Part shown: piece after piece, positions 1 to 9,127 of the stretch
How positions within the stretch are numbered: position 1 is the stretch's first letter
How the letters are laid out: every line of letters begins with the position of its first letter
Source: Elusimicrobiota bacterium
GTDB lineage: Bacteria; CG03; SLGR01; JBDRKX01
NCBI GenBank assembly: GCA_043813605.1
Contig: JBDRKX010000084.1
Span: forward strand, 1 to 34,039
Reading direction: 5' to 3'
DNA length: 34,039 bases
The notes under the pieces: generated by a model
Told to the model about the DNA's origin: nothing
Databases searched by the model: none
Seen by the model: only the letters and a program-made list of their open reading frames with translations
Position numbers and translations under genes: made by a program

Positions 1-155
1 CTTCTCGAATTAGGGCGCGGTGGTTGTTGTAAAAATGTTGCCAGTTATTATTGTCCTGGAGAATATGTTTAATGGAAATACCTGATATTGATTCCATAAC
101 GGATAGAGTATATAAAAAAGTGTTAGATGGGGCAATTAGAAGAGAGTAGTCAGTG

Positions 156-1100
156 TTATTCCGTTTCCAGTGACACCTCTTCACCGGCTTCAGGGGTTAT
201 TACTATGTCTATAGTCTCCCCGTTAAATTCAGTGGCCTCGAATACGACCTCAAGGTTGCCGAAGATACTGGGTATCCCGCGCGGCAGTATGTTGCCGTCG
301 TCGTCTATCCTGTATTTACTCACCTTTAAAAAAGTACCGTCTGCAAAAGTGAGTTTTTCCCTTTTATAGTGCTCTGTGCCGCCGCCTCTTTCAACTTCGA
401 GCGAAGGGATTATTTCGAGATTAGATAGAGTAACGCGCGTGAGCGCGCCGGTTGCATCCGGGTAATAGTGCCTGCGCAGTCCGGCATGATTAGTAGCCGG
501 ATCGGTATTCTCGCGGTTATGCCTGATCTTGTCTATATCGTTTACTGCTATCTTTTCATCATTGAATATTACAACATAATAATTATGTACTATGTGGTCT
601 GCATGAAAGAGCCAGCCGTCGTCCTGTATCGTTTTTATCGTATTATTACCGCAGGAATCGGTCCTCTGGACATTTGTGAGGTAATATTCAGGTTTTCCCA
701 GGCGCCTGAGCGTGGATCCCCACATTGTACGAGGGATGCCCCTTAATCTTAGGGGAAGATCCTTATTGAAAGTCCCTGTCCATACGCTCTGGTCGATCCT
801 GCCTATATCTTCGCGCGTGTTGAGTACAGTGGTCTTTATCTGGTTTGAAGCCGGCCGGGAACAGTATTTTTCAACCCTTACCCTGTAACCGTTGATATCA
901 GTGACTGTCCTGCCCAGTTCGGCATCTTCCGTTATGGATTCAGTTGTGTTTTCCGCCTGCTGAAGCTCAGCATCGCTGCTTTCTTCGATCTCATCGCGGA
1001 ATTCATCCATTTCCAGGTCCAGCCCGCCAGTGTCTGCGAATAATGTACCATGGGATACGATTAACCCTAAAACGATCAAAGCAGTAATAACTTTTTTCAT
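156..1100 (-). CDS. Secreted protein of unknown function (signal peptide, acidic N-terminal segment)
   Basis: ORF track 156..1139. Start moved to ATG at 1100 (MKKVITALIVLGLIVSHGTLFA-D, Sec signal peptide) preceded by an AAGGAG SD. No family confidently recognised. Confidence 0.8.
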   Translation of the reverse strand: MKKVITALIVLGLIVSHGTLFADTGGLDLEMDEFRDEIEESSDAELQQAENTTESITEDAELGRTVTDINGYRVRVEKYCSRPASNQIKTTVLNTREDIGRIDQSVWTGTFNKDLPLRLRGIPRTMWGSTLRRLGKPEYYLTNVQRTDSCGNNTIKTIQDDGWLFHADHIVHNYYVVIFNDEKIAVNDIDKIRHNRENTDPATNHAGLRRHYYPDATGALTRVTLSNLEIIPSLEVERGGGTEHYKREKLTFADGTFLKVSKYRIDDDGNILPRGIPSIFGNLEVVFEATEFNGETIDIVITPEAGEEVSLETE

Positions 1101-1157
1101 TTTTCCTTCTCCTTTTATAAATCTTACTTTTTCTATCATAACTTTAACCTGTAAAGC

Positions 1158-1652
1158 TCAAAGAAAATTACTTAAAAGCTCTTTTGCCTGCGCATTCAGT
1201 GCATTCTCATCATAGGCGTTTCTTGTTTCCAGCACGGCGTATCTTATGAGGACGGAAGTATCAGTTTCATTTAGAGACTCAGCCGGTACCGGTATATTAA
1301 CCGGTTTGGGCATCAGAATTGTAAACCAGACGATGCAGGCTGCGATAATAAAAGAGGGTGCAAGCGCCCATTTTATGCGAAAAGGCGTGAAAAATCCGGT
1401 TATCCTGTCAATAAATGATAACCGCCTCGAAAGTGCGTCTTCAAACCTGGAATCGAATCCGGCTGATAATCCGGGTATTTCCATATCGGTAAATGTGTCG
1501 CTGACGGTTTTTCTTAAAGAGATGAGTTCTCGTTTCTCGTTACTGCACGCAGTACAGGTAACAAGATGCGCTTTTACAGCCTCTATCTGTTCCGGTGTAG
1601 CCAGTGAATCGAGTTCAAGGTTGATAAGTCTTATGATCTCTTTGCATTTCAC
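1158..1652 (-). CDS. Zinc-binding (zf-HC2/ZAS) transmembrane anti-sigma factor
   Basis: N-terminal MKC...HLVTCTAC (HxxxCxxC) and one TM helix (WALAPSFIIAACIVWFTIL). Start re-assigned to GTG at 1652 behind an AGGAGG SD; ORF track gives 1661. Confidence 0.85.
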   Translation of the reverse strand: MKCKEIIRLINLELDSLATPEQIEAVKAHLVTCTACSNEKRELISLRKTVSDTFTDMEIPGLSAGFDSRFEDALSRRLSFIDRITGFFTPFRIKWALAPSFIIAACIVWFTILMPKPVNIPVPAESLNETDTSVLIRYAVLETRNAYDENALNAQAKELLSNFL

Positions 1653-1673
1653 AGGTTCCACCTCCTTTCATCT

Positions 1674-1704
1674 TATTAGATGCCGGTTACAGAAAAATCT
1701 TACA
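1674..1704 (-). promoter_or_regulatory. Putative ECF sigma-factor promoter for the anti-sigma operon
   Basis: Minus strand reads TGTAAG-N16-CATCTAATA just upstream of the SD. Resembles ECF promoters of the TGTAAC/TGAAAC-N16-CGTC type. Confidence 0.55.
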
Positions 1705-1774
1705 CATTTCTTATATTTAGTAATAACGGGCCGAAAAGGGGTAAGTCCATAGGGCCTGCGGGTGAACTCCCGGA

Positions 1775-1803
1775 TTGACTAAGTACTCTTTATTTACTAT
1801 AAA
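1775..1803 (+). promoter_or_regulatory. Putative sigma70 promoter for the two-component operon
   Basis: TTGACT-17 bp-TATAAA about 40 bp upstream of the ATG at 1841. Confidence 0.5.
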
Positions 1804-1840
1804 TATTAATTAAATCCGAAGACCGGGACACTTTTTATAT

Positions 1841-2212
1841 ATGTCTAAAAAAAAGAAAAAGATTTTAGTAATCGAAGACAATCCTTTCAACAGAGAGATA
1901 ACAGAACTTACCCTGCAGGAGGCCGGTTTCGAAGTAATATTAGCCGAAGACGGTGAAGAAGGTCTGGAAAAACTCAAAGAGAACCCGGACCTGGTAGTTC
2001 TGGATATGCAGCTTCCGAGGGTCAGCGGCTGGGATATAATACAGAAGATGAGGCAGGATAAAAAATACTGTGATCTGCCTGTAGTAGCTCTAACAGCACA
2101 CGCTATGGTGGGCGACAGGGAAAAAGCCCTTGATATGGGGTGCAGCGCATATATATCCAAACCCTGTCTGCCTGAAGATATTGTCAAAGAAGTAAAAATC
2201 TTTCTTCCATGA
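1841..2212 (+). CDS. Single-domain response regulator (CheY/DivK-like receiver)
   Basis: ILVIEDN, phosphoacceptor in DLVVLDMQLP, ALTAHAM, YISKP; 123 aa. Confidence 0.93.
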   Translation: MSKKKKKILVIEDNPFNREITELTLQEAGFEVILAEDGEEGLEKLKENPDLVVLDMQLPRVSGWDIIQKMRQDKKYCDLPVVALTAHAMVGDREKALDMGCSAYISKPCLPEDIVKEVKIFLP

Positions 2213-4158
2213 ACCGATCCCGCCGGAGCAGGTTTTACGAAAAGTTACTGCCTTTTACCAGGATACTTAACAGCATATCGTCCTCCGTTTACGGTAAAAT
2301 CCGTTCTTTAATGCAGCGTATCTCTAATAAGATGCCCGTTTTGAGGTTGAGACTGCGCTATAAGCTGATAGTCCTCTTTATTGTCATGGCTCTTCCTTCC
2401 CTGTTGTTCATACTTTTTGTATTCGGCCTGATATCTAACACTCTCTCATCTCAGGTAGACAGCCGTCAGAAAGCTATAGTAACGAGTGCTCATAAACTGG
2501 TAGAGCATTATGTGCTCAACTGTCAGAAGAGCCTTATAACCCTCGGGAGTGAAAAGAGTTTCAGGGAAACCGTGAGCTCAGCGGATACCCAGTCTCTGAA
2601 AGTCAACCTGAAAAGAGTATTCATCAAGCATAAGAATTTTAGTTTCCTTGGGCTTGTGGGAAAGAAAAATGACAAGCTCTACATGCTCTCTGCTTGGCCG
2701 GATCCATATGAGCAGCTCACACAACATGAAGAGATATATAAATACCTGACATATAATTTCAGCCATCCAAAAGCAAGGGTCTCTAAAGTATATAAATTTA
2801 ACGGCAAGAGGGAAGTATTCATAATATATCCGCTTCGCGGAGCTCTCCTTATAGGAGGACTCAATATAGAGAACCTTGCCGAACTGCTGAAAAAGATAAC
2901 GCCGGATCCCGAAAGCAGTTTTATCCTGCTCGATCAGGAAACCGGGTTTATACTTGGTGGAGAGGGGAAATTCGAAAAAGGCCCCGAAGGTAAGATAGGA
3001 ACTCTTTTCTTTAATAAGAAGAAGAGTATAGGCAACTACGAGATGATAGAAGCGATGAATTGGAACACGTTCATAATGCTGAGTACTCCTTCGAGCGTGA
3101 TATACAGGAGCACATTCTATCTTAGGAGCCTTGTAGTGGTTTTTGTCATACTGGGAGTGCTTACAGCAGTCGTGCTTGCCCTTTATTTCAGCAAGAGAAT
3201 GGTTCTGCCCATAGCACATCTTAACAGCGGTGCCAGGATACTCGGTTCCGGTGATCTTACTCACAGGATCAATCTGGAAACAGGTGATGAACTGGAAGAA
3301 CTGGCAGATGAATTCAACAGCATGGCCGAGAAACTGAAAACATCATACGATTCAATGGAAGAAAAGATCCGGATAGCTACCGGAGACTTGCAGGCCGCTT
3401 ACGGTGAGATAGAAGTAAAAAATACCGAACTTCAGAAGGCCGACAGGCTCAAATCCGAATTTCTTGCCAGTATGTCACATGAACTCAGGACCCCCATGAA
3501 CGCTATAATAGGTTTCACATCACTTCTTCATGATGGCGTTTACGGAAAAACTACAAAAAAACAGAACAGCACTTATGAGAAGATAATCCGGAATACAAGG
3601 CATCTTTTGAACCTGGTGAATGATATTCTCGATCTGAGCAAAATAGAAGCCGGCAGAATGGAACTTGTCCCGGAGACAGTGAGGGTGAACCTGCTTTTGG
3701 GAGATCTTAAAGATGAAGTTAAACCTCTTGCGGAAGAAAAAGAAATAGAGTTTGTAATAGATTCAGAGAGTGAAATAGAATGTCAGCATGATTATACGCG
3801 GCTAAGGCAGGTCATTATGAATCTTATCTCAAATGCTATAAAGTTTACAAAAAAAGGCAGTGTTACCGTTAAAACCGGCATAATGAGAGATAAATTTTTT
3901 ATTTCAGTTGCCGATACCGGAATAGGTATCAAGGAAGACGAATTGAAGCATATATTCGACGAGTTTGTACAAGCAGACGGCTCTATTACCAGGGAATTCG
4001 GGGGCAGCGGGCTGGGATTGAGTATCTGCAGAAAACTTACTAAAATGATGAATGGAACTATCGAAGTTGAAAGTAAATGGGAAGAAGGTTCGGTTTTCAG
4101 GATAATACTTCCCTATGATATGAAACAAGGAGACTGCGATGAGAATACTTATAGTTGA
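2209..4158 (+). CDS. Membrane sensor histidine kinase (periplasmic sensor, HAMP, HisKA, HATPase)
   Basis: Two TM helices, HAMP (DELEELADEFNSM), H-box MSHELRTPMNAIIGF, N-box NLISNAIKFT, G1 DTGIGI, G2 GSGLGLSI. ATGA overlap with the upstream gene; true start may be slightly downstream. Confidence 0.95.
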   Translation: MNRSRRSRFYEKLLPFTRILNSISSSVYGKIRSLMQRISNKMPVLRLRLRYKLIVLFIVMALPSLLFILFVFGLISNTLSSQVDSRQKAIVTSAHKLVEHYVLNCQKSLITLGSEKSFRETVSSADTQSLKVNLKRVFIKHKNFSFLGLVGKKNDKLYMLSAWPDPYEQLTQHEEIYKYLTYNFSHPKARVSKVYKFNGKREVFIIYPLRGALLIGGLNIENLAELLKKITPDPESSFILLDQETGFILGGEGKFEKGPEGKIGTLFFNKKKSIGNYEMIEAMNWNTFIMLSTPSSVIYRSTFYLRSLVVVFVILGVLTAVVLALYFSKRMVLPIAHLNSGARILGSGDLTHRINLETGDELEELADEFNSMAEKLKTSYDSMEEKIRIATGDLQAAYGEIEVKNTELQKADRLKSEFLASMSHELRTPMNAIIGFTSLLHDGVYGKTTKKQNSTYEKIIRNTRHLLNLVNDILDLSKIEAGRMELVPETVRVNLLLGDLKDEVKPLAEEKEIEFVIDSESEIECQHDYTRLRQVIMNLISNAIKFTKKGSVTVKTGIMRDKFFISVADTGIGIKEDELKHIFDEFVQADGSITREFGGSGLGLSICRKLTKMMNGTIEVESKWEEGSVFRIILPYDMKQGDCDENTYS

Positions 4159-5074
4159 GGACGATCCTTCTGCACAGGAAATAGCAAAAGAGATACTCGA
4201 GCAGGCCGTGTATGATGTGGTCGTATGTGACAGGGGGGACCTTGCAGAAGAAATGATCACTAACGAGGAATGGGATCTGTTCCTATTTGATATAATGCTT
4301 CCCGGGAAAGATGGTTTTCAGCTTCTTGAAATTGCGAAAAAACACTGCAAATATACTCCTGTGGTGATATTTACGGTTTTGAAGGATAAAGAAAAACGGA
4401 TAAAAGCATATGAGATGGGTGTCGATGATTTCATAAACAAGCCGTTTGACAGGTGGGAATTTCTTGCCAGGGTCAGGAGCCTGCTGAATCTAAGGAGGAC
4501 TTATCTTGAACTGGAAGAATCGCATAATATAGTGGTTGCCCTGGCACACGCTATTGAAGCAAAGGACCCGTATACGGCGGGGCATTCTGACAGGGTCGGA
4601 GAATATTGTAAGAAAATAGCCCGAAGTATCGGTTTTTCAGAAGAAAAGTCAGAAGATATGTTCTGGGCGGGAGTTCTCCATGATATAGGTAAAATAGCCG
4701 TTCCTCTTGATATACTTACTAAAAAAGACGGGCTGACATTTGAAGAATTTGAAAAGATAAAAGAACATCCTGAAGTATCATACAGGATATGCAAAGGACT
4801 GAGAACGCTTCAAAAGGTACTGAAGGCGATAAGATATCATCATGAAAGATGGGATGGAAAAGGGTATCCGGAAAAGCTTGCAGGGAAGGATATACCTGCA
4901 GAAGCCCGTATAATGGCAGTAGCTGATGCCTATGACGCGATGACAAGTAACAGGGCTTACAGAGAAGCAATGCCTAAGGAAAAAGCGATAGGAATACTTA
5001 TTGACGGCCGCGATAAACAGTGGCAGGCGTCTATAGTGGACGCTCTGGTGGAGATTGTAAACAGGGATAATTAG
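4139..5074 (+). CDS. REC-HD-GYP response regulator, c-di-GMP phosphodiesterase (RpfG-like)
   Basis: Receiver domain (DIMLPG, KPF) followed by EAKDPYTAGHS, LHDIGK, HHERWDGKGYP, VADAYDAMTSNR. Confidence 0.93.
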   Translation: MRILIVEDDPSAQEIAKEILEQAVYDVVVCDRGDLAEEMITNEEWDLFLFDIMLPGKDGFQLLEIAKKHCKYTPVVIFTVLKDKEKRIKAYEMGVDDFINKPFDRWEFLARVRSLLNLRRTYLELEESHNIVVALAHAIEAKDPYTAGHSDRVGEYCKKIARSIGFSEEKSEDMFWAGVLHDIGKIAVPLDILTKKDGLTFEEFEKIKEHPEVSYRICKGLRTLQKVLKAIRYHHERWDGKGYPEKLAGKDIPAEARIMAVADAYDAMTSNRAYREAMPKEKAIGILIDGRDKQWQASIVDALVEIVNRDN

Positions 5075-5084
5075 GAGCAGTGTT

Positions 5085-5567
5085 ATGCAGATACTCATAT
5101 TGTATTATTCAAGGAGTGGAAATACAGAAAAACTTGCACGGGAAATAGCAATAGGTGCGGGAGAAGTTGAAGGGGTTGAAGTTATCGTGCGTTCTGCTTC
5201 TGAAGTTTCGGAAAACGATTTTGTCTCTTCTGCCGGCATAATTGCCGGTTCTCCTGTCTATTTCGGTACAATGGCGGCGGAATTGAAACAGGTTTTTGAC
5301 CGATTTGTTACAGTGAGGAGGAAAATGGAAGACAAGGTTGGCGCTGCATTCGCGACTTCGGGAGGAGATTCCGGCGGTAAGGAGACAACAGTACTGTCGA
5401 TATTGCAGGCGATGTATATATACGGGATGATAACCGTAGGTGATCCTATGGCCGCGACCGGACATTATGGTGTTTCATGTGTTGGCGCGCCCGGTGAAGA
5501 AATATCATCTCAAGCCAGGTTGCTGGGAAAAAGAGTCTCTTCCCTGGCAAAGAAACTGGAAAACTGA
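5085..5567 (+). CDS. Flavodoxin-family / WrbA-like NAD(P)H-dependent oxidoreductase
   Basis: FMN phosphate loop YSRSGNTEKLA, GSPVYFG, GAAFATSG...GGKETT. Confidence 0.88.
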   Translation: MQILILYYSRSGNTEKLAREIAIGAGEVEGVEVIVRSASEVSENDFVSSAGIIAGSPVYFGTMAAELKQVFDRFVTVRRKMEDKVGAAFATSGGDSGGKETTVLSILQAMYIYGMITVGDPMAATGHYGVSCVGAPGEEISSQARLLGKRVSSLAKKLEN

Positions 5568-5609
5568 TCATCTGTCCCGATAAGCTATTTCCAGTCAAGA
5601 GACCCCCCC

Positions 5610-6179
5610 GTGATAAAAAAAGCTGATATATCCGGCACAGAGATATCGTACGCAGTTGCATACAGGAATATACGTAACGCGCGTCTTGAGTTTAAAGGAG
5701 ATATCCTTCAGATGATAATACCTGCAGGAAAAACCGGTATCGAAAAAGAATTGCTTGTAAAACATAGGAAATGGATACTTAGAACATACAGGCAGATCAC
5801 TGAATCTCTGAATGAAATATCTCCGGGATATCTTGATGAGAAGATGAACATAAAAGAGTTTAAATACTTTGTAAACGCAAAAACCGATGAGTTCTCCCGG
5901 CATTTGAAAGTCAGCGTGAATAATGTAAAATTCAGGGCTATGATATCACAATTAGGAAGTATGAGCGTCAATGGGAGTATGACAATCAATTCATACGCCA
6001 GGTTCTTTCCGGAAAGACTTGTTGAATATATAATCTATCATGAGCTGGCGCATCTTAAAGTAAGAAAACACGGGAAAAGGTTCTGGGGTATAATAGCCGG
6101 AAGATACGGCGATTACAGGCGGTATGAACTGGATCTTTTTAAATACTGGATTGCTCTTCAGGTAAAGTTAGGTTTATGA
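5610..6179 (+). CDS. Short YgjP/DUF45-like (M48-annotated) metal-dependent hydrolase
   Basis: YIIYHELAHL...HGKRFW (HExxH plus HxxxFW); GTG start. Confidence 0.82.
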   Translation: MIKKADISGTEISYAVAYRNIRNARLEFKGDILQMIIPAGKTGIEKELLVKHRKWILRTYRQITESLNEISPGYLDEKMNIKEFKYFVNAKTDEFSRHLKVSVNNVKFRAMISQLGSMSVNGSMTINSYARFFPERLVEYIIYHELAHLKVRKHGKRFWGIIAGRYGDYRRYELDLFKYWIALQVKLGL

Positions 6180-6260
6180 TGAAAAAAACCTCAATCAGTG
6201 ATAAGCGGATTGATAATGCCGGTAATATTTGTCATACTAAAAATCCTGGTTGTGAATTGT

Positions 6261-7463
6261 ATGTTAAATAAGATAGAAAGCCATCCTAAAAAGGTTCTTA
6301 TGTTGGTTGACGGACTTGATATAACCAACGGAGTATCCGTTACCTGTAAGGAAATCGCGAAAAACTGGCATAAAGTCTCTAATAAATGGGAACTTCTGAT
6401 CTACGGTACTTCTGTCAGGTCTCTGGATGATGAGAAATACGATGGAGCATGTATAAGAGTAGACAGGAGTCTGATACAGATTCCTGTTCTCGGGTATAAG
6501 CGAATGTGGCTTTCCATACCTTTAGTCGAACTTTTCAAGCTGTTTTCATCGTCAGATTATTGTATAGTACATTCAGCAACACCCGGTCCGATAGGAGTAC
6601 TCGGCTCCATAGCGGCATGTATACTGCATAAACCGCTTGTGATGACACATCATACAAGAATGGTAGATTATATGAAATATTACGCACCGCGCGGTCTTCG
6701 TACCATTATAACCCTGGTGGCGAAATTCCTCTTTAGGAAATTCTATTCACTTGGAACAAGGACGGTTGCGCATTCTCCGGCTACAATAGACGAACTTAAA
6801 GATCTTGGTGCCAAAGTGATCGATTATCTTCCGATGGGTGTCCCCATACCTTACAATGATATTGATAAACTTATAGGCGATAGAAAGCGTGCGAGAGAGC
6901 GAATATGCCGTACATTCGATATACCGGAAAATAAAAAAATAATAATGTATATAGGGCGTATAGCAAAAGAAAAAAATCTGAATTATTTTGCCGATGTATC
7001 TGACAGGATGGACCATAAATTTATAATCGTTGGTGACGGACCTGTGAAAAAATCACTTGAAAAATACCCGAATCTTATTCTTCCGGGTTTCAGATACGGA
7101 AATGAACTTGCCGAAATGTATCTCGGATCTGACCTGTTCCTCTGCACTTCGGTATCGGAGACATTGGGCAAGACACTTCTTGAAGCGCTCTCATACGGGA
7201 CACCTATACTGGTACCTGACAAGGGTTACCATAATTCAATAATAAAGGAAGAAGGACCTGCAGTGCATAAATATAGATGGGGCATACAGCAGAGAGCGGT
7301 CAATAATATAGTTGACTCGATAAACACAATAATTGAAGAAGTATCAGATAATCCTGAAGTTACCAAAACAGCTCTTGAATACGCCATGCAATTCTCATGG
7401 GAGAACTTGATAGTAGAGTATGCTGATCCCTATGAGAAGATCTTCCCTGATAGTAATAGTTAG
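6261..7463 (+). CDS. Glycosyltransferase family 4 (GT-B), possibly a glycolipid synthase
   Basis: NGVS, VHSATPGPIG, HHT, YIGRIAKEKNL, IVGDGP, ETLGKTLLEA (E-x7-E). ATG at 6261 preferred over the GTG at 6198 in the ORF track. Confidence 0.88.
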   Translation: MLNKIESHPKKVLMLVDGLDITNGVSVTCKEIAKNWHKVSNKWELLIYGTSVRSLDDEKYDGACIRVDRSLIQIPVLGYKRMWLSIPLVELFKLFSSSDYCIVHSATPGPIGVLGSIAACILHKPLVMTHHTRMVDYMKYYAPRGLRTIITLVAKFLFRKFYSLGTRTVAHSPATIDELKDLGAKVIDYLPMGVPIPYNDIDKLIGDRKRARERICRTFDIPENKKIIMYIGRIAKEKNLNYFADVSDRMDHKFIIVGDGPVKKSLEKYPNLILPGFRYGNELAEMYLGSDLFLCTSVSETLGKTLLEALSYGTPILVPDKGYHNSIIKEEGPAVHKYRWGIQQRAVNNIVDSINTIIEEVSDNPEVTKTALEYAMQFSWENLIVEYADPYEKIFPDSNS

Positions 7464-7468
7464 AACCT

Positions 7469-7491
7469 GCTCAGGATTGAGCCCTGTTTTT
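7469..7491 (+). terminator. Weak putative intrinsic terminator after the GT4 gene
   Basis: GCTCA-GGAT-TGAGC hairpin followed by CCTGTTTTT. Confidence 0.3.
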
Positions 7492-7586
7492 CCTATATTC
7501 AAAATTTAAAGAAAAAAAGGAAATTGTGCGTATATATGATAAAGTTAAAAAAACTGTTAACAAGAAGGATGTTACCTGAGACATAA

Positions 7587-9086
7587 ATGATAAAAAACAG
7601 TCTATTCCTGTTGCTTATTCTGTGTATATTCTATATGCCGGTGTATACTGCAACTGTTGAAGAAGACATAGTGCAGCTTATATACAGCTGGAATATGAAA
7701 GAAGCGGAAGAAGCCATGCAGAAAGCAGGCAAACCATCGGAATTTGTCAGCGGATTGTACGAGTTTTACAGCGGCCGTTACAGTGAAGCATATTCCCATT
7801 TTCAAAAAACCGGATCGGAATATGCGCATTGGACACGCCTGACAGAAGACCTCCTTGCTGTAGCTGATGAGTTCAGCGAAATAGAAAACGAATATTTTAT
7901 AATCCGGTTTACAGGGAAAGATGAAATTATAGCCTGCTACCTTGCTGATATTCTTGAGATATCGGCAGAAAGACTTTTTAAAAAATTTAACTGGCAGCCG
8001 GATAGAAAGATCATTTGTGAGATATACCCCGACAGGGAGAGTTTTCAGCTTGCTTCCACACTCACGGACAGGCATATGAAAGTATCGGGTGCAATAGGCA
8101 TATGCAAGTTTAACAGGATCATGATAGCGACACCGCGCATTTTTAAATTCGGGTATGCATGGGCGGATACTGTTACACATGAGTTCGTACATTATATGAT
8201 CGGCAGGGTCGCCGGTGTGAACAATGTGCCGCTGTGGCTTAACGAAGGGTTGGCCAAATATCTTGAAGTGATATGGCGCAAAGACTCAAATGTACTGGAT
8301 GCTGCGGATATAAATTATATTATTAAAGCCCGCCGTAACGGAGACTGGGTAAGTCTAATTAAAATGAGACACGGTATGCCGACACTTGATACTAAAGAGG
8401 AAGTTGCCCTTGCTTTTGCACAGGTACAGTCGATGGTGGAGTATATCGATACTGAATACGGCTGGGAAAGCATAAGAAAGCTTCTTGTTAAAATGCGCGA
8501 TGGATCCGGATCGGATGCTTTTAAAAAAGTATTCGGCAAGTCGCTCAAACAGCTTCAGGATGACTGGCAGCAATATATTATCCGGATGGACATCGAATTC
8601 ATGCCGGGTGCCAGCGGGCCGAGCTTTGTTTTCAGTGAAGATCCTGCTAACGCGCTTTCACAATGGGTATCCGATACGGCGGTTACCGATGTTCGGATCG
8701 CAGAAAGGTTTGTGGAAAGAGGAAGATCTGATCTGGCCGAGAAGAAGTATCTTCAGGCGCTCGAAAAGGATCCGGGGAATGCGGTAATACTTAATATGCT
8801 GGGTAAAGTGCAGAATGCCGTTGAAAATGCAGATGATGCAGAGAAGAATTTTCTGCTGGCAACAGTGTCAAATCCGTCTTATGCTCCGCCTCACCTGCAT
8901 CTTGGGGAGATGTATCTGGATCAGAAAAGATTTGATGACGCCGAACGCTGTCTTATGGACTATGTCATGCTGAGTCCGTTTAATCCTGTTTCGCATGAAC
9001 TCTTAAGAGATATCTATTCAAGCACCGGCAGAGATATAGATGCCGATAGGGAATCAAAGATACTTGAGATACTTTCAGGTTTCTGA
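7587..9086 (+). CDS. Exported peptidase MA-like (gluzincin) metalloprotease with TPR repeats
   Basis: Hydrophobic N-terminal signal, HEFVH plus downstream PLWLNEGLA, C-terminal TPR-like helices (ALEKDPGNAVILNMLG, NPSYAPPHLHLG). Confidence 0.85.
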   Translation: MIKNSLFLLLILCIFYMPVYTATVEEDIVQLIYSWNMKEAEEAMQKAGKPSEFVSGLYEFYSGRYSEAYSHFQKTGSEYAHWTRLTEDLLAVADEFSEIENEYFIIRFTGKDEIIACYLADILEISAERLFKKFNWQPDRKIICEIYPDRESFQLASTLTDRHMKVSGAIGICKFNRIMIATPRIFKFGYAWADTVTHEFVHYMIGRVAGVNNVPLWLNEGLAKYLEVIWRKDSNVLDAADINYIIKARRNGDWVSLIKMRHGMPTLDTKEEVALAFAQVQSMVEYIDTEYGWESIRKLLVKMRDGSGSDAFKKVFGKSLKQLQDDWQQYIIRMDIEFMPGASGPSFVFSEDPANALSQWVSDTAVTDVRIAERFVERGRSDLAEKKYLQALEKDPGNAVILNMLGKVQNAVENADDAEKNFLLATVSNPSYAPPHLHLGEMYLDQKRFDDAERCLMDYVMLSPFNPVSHELLRDIYSSTGRDIDADRESKILEILSGF

Positions 9087-9127
9087 TAGAACTTAGACAT
9101 GCGCTGTATACTGCAGTAAAATATAAG

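Noticed and set aside
1..155. Short open frame at 1-72 and possible RNA element at the window start
   Set aside because: Too short and truncated to assign; no tRNA or known ncRNA structure recognised.
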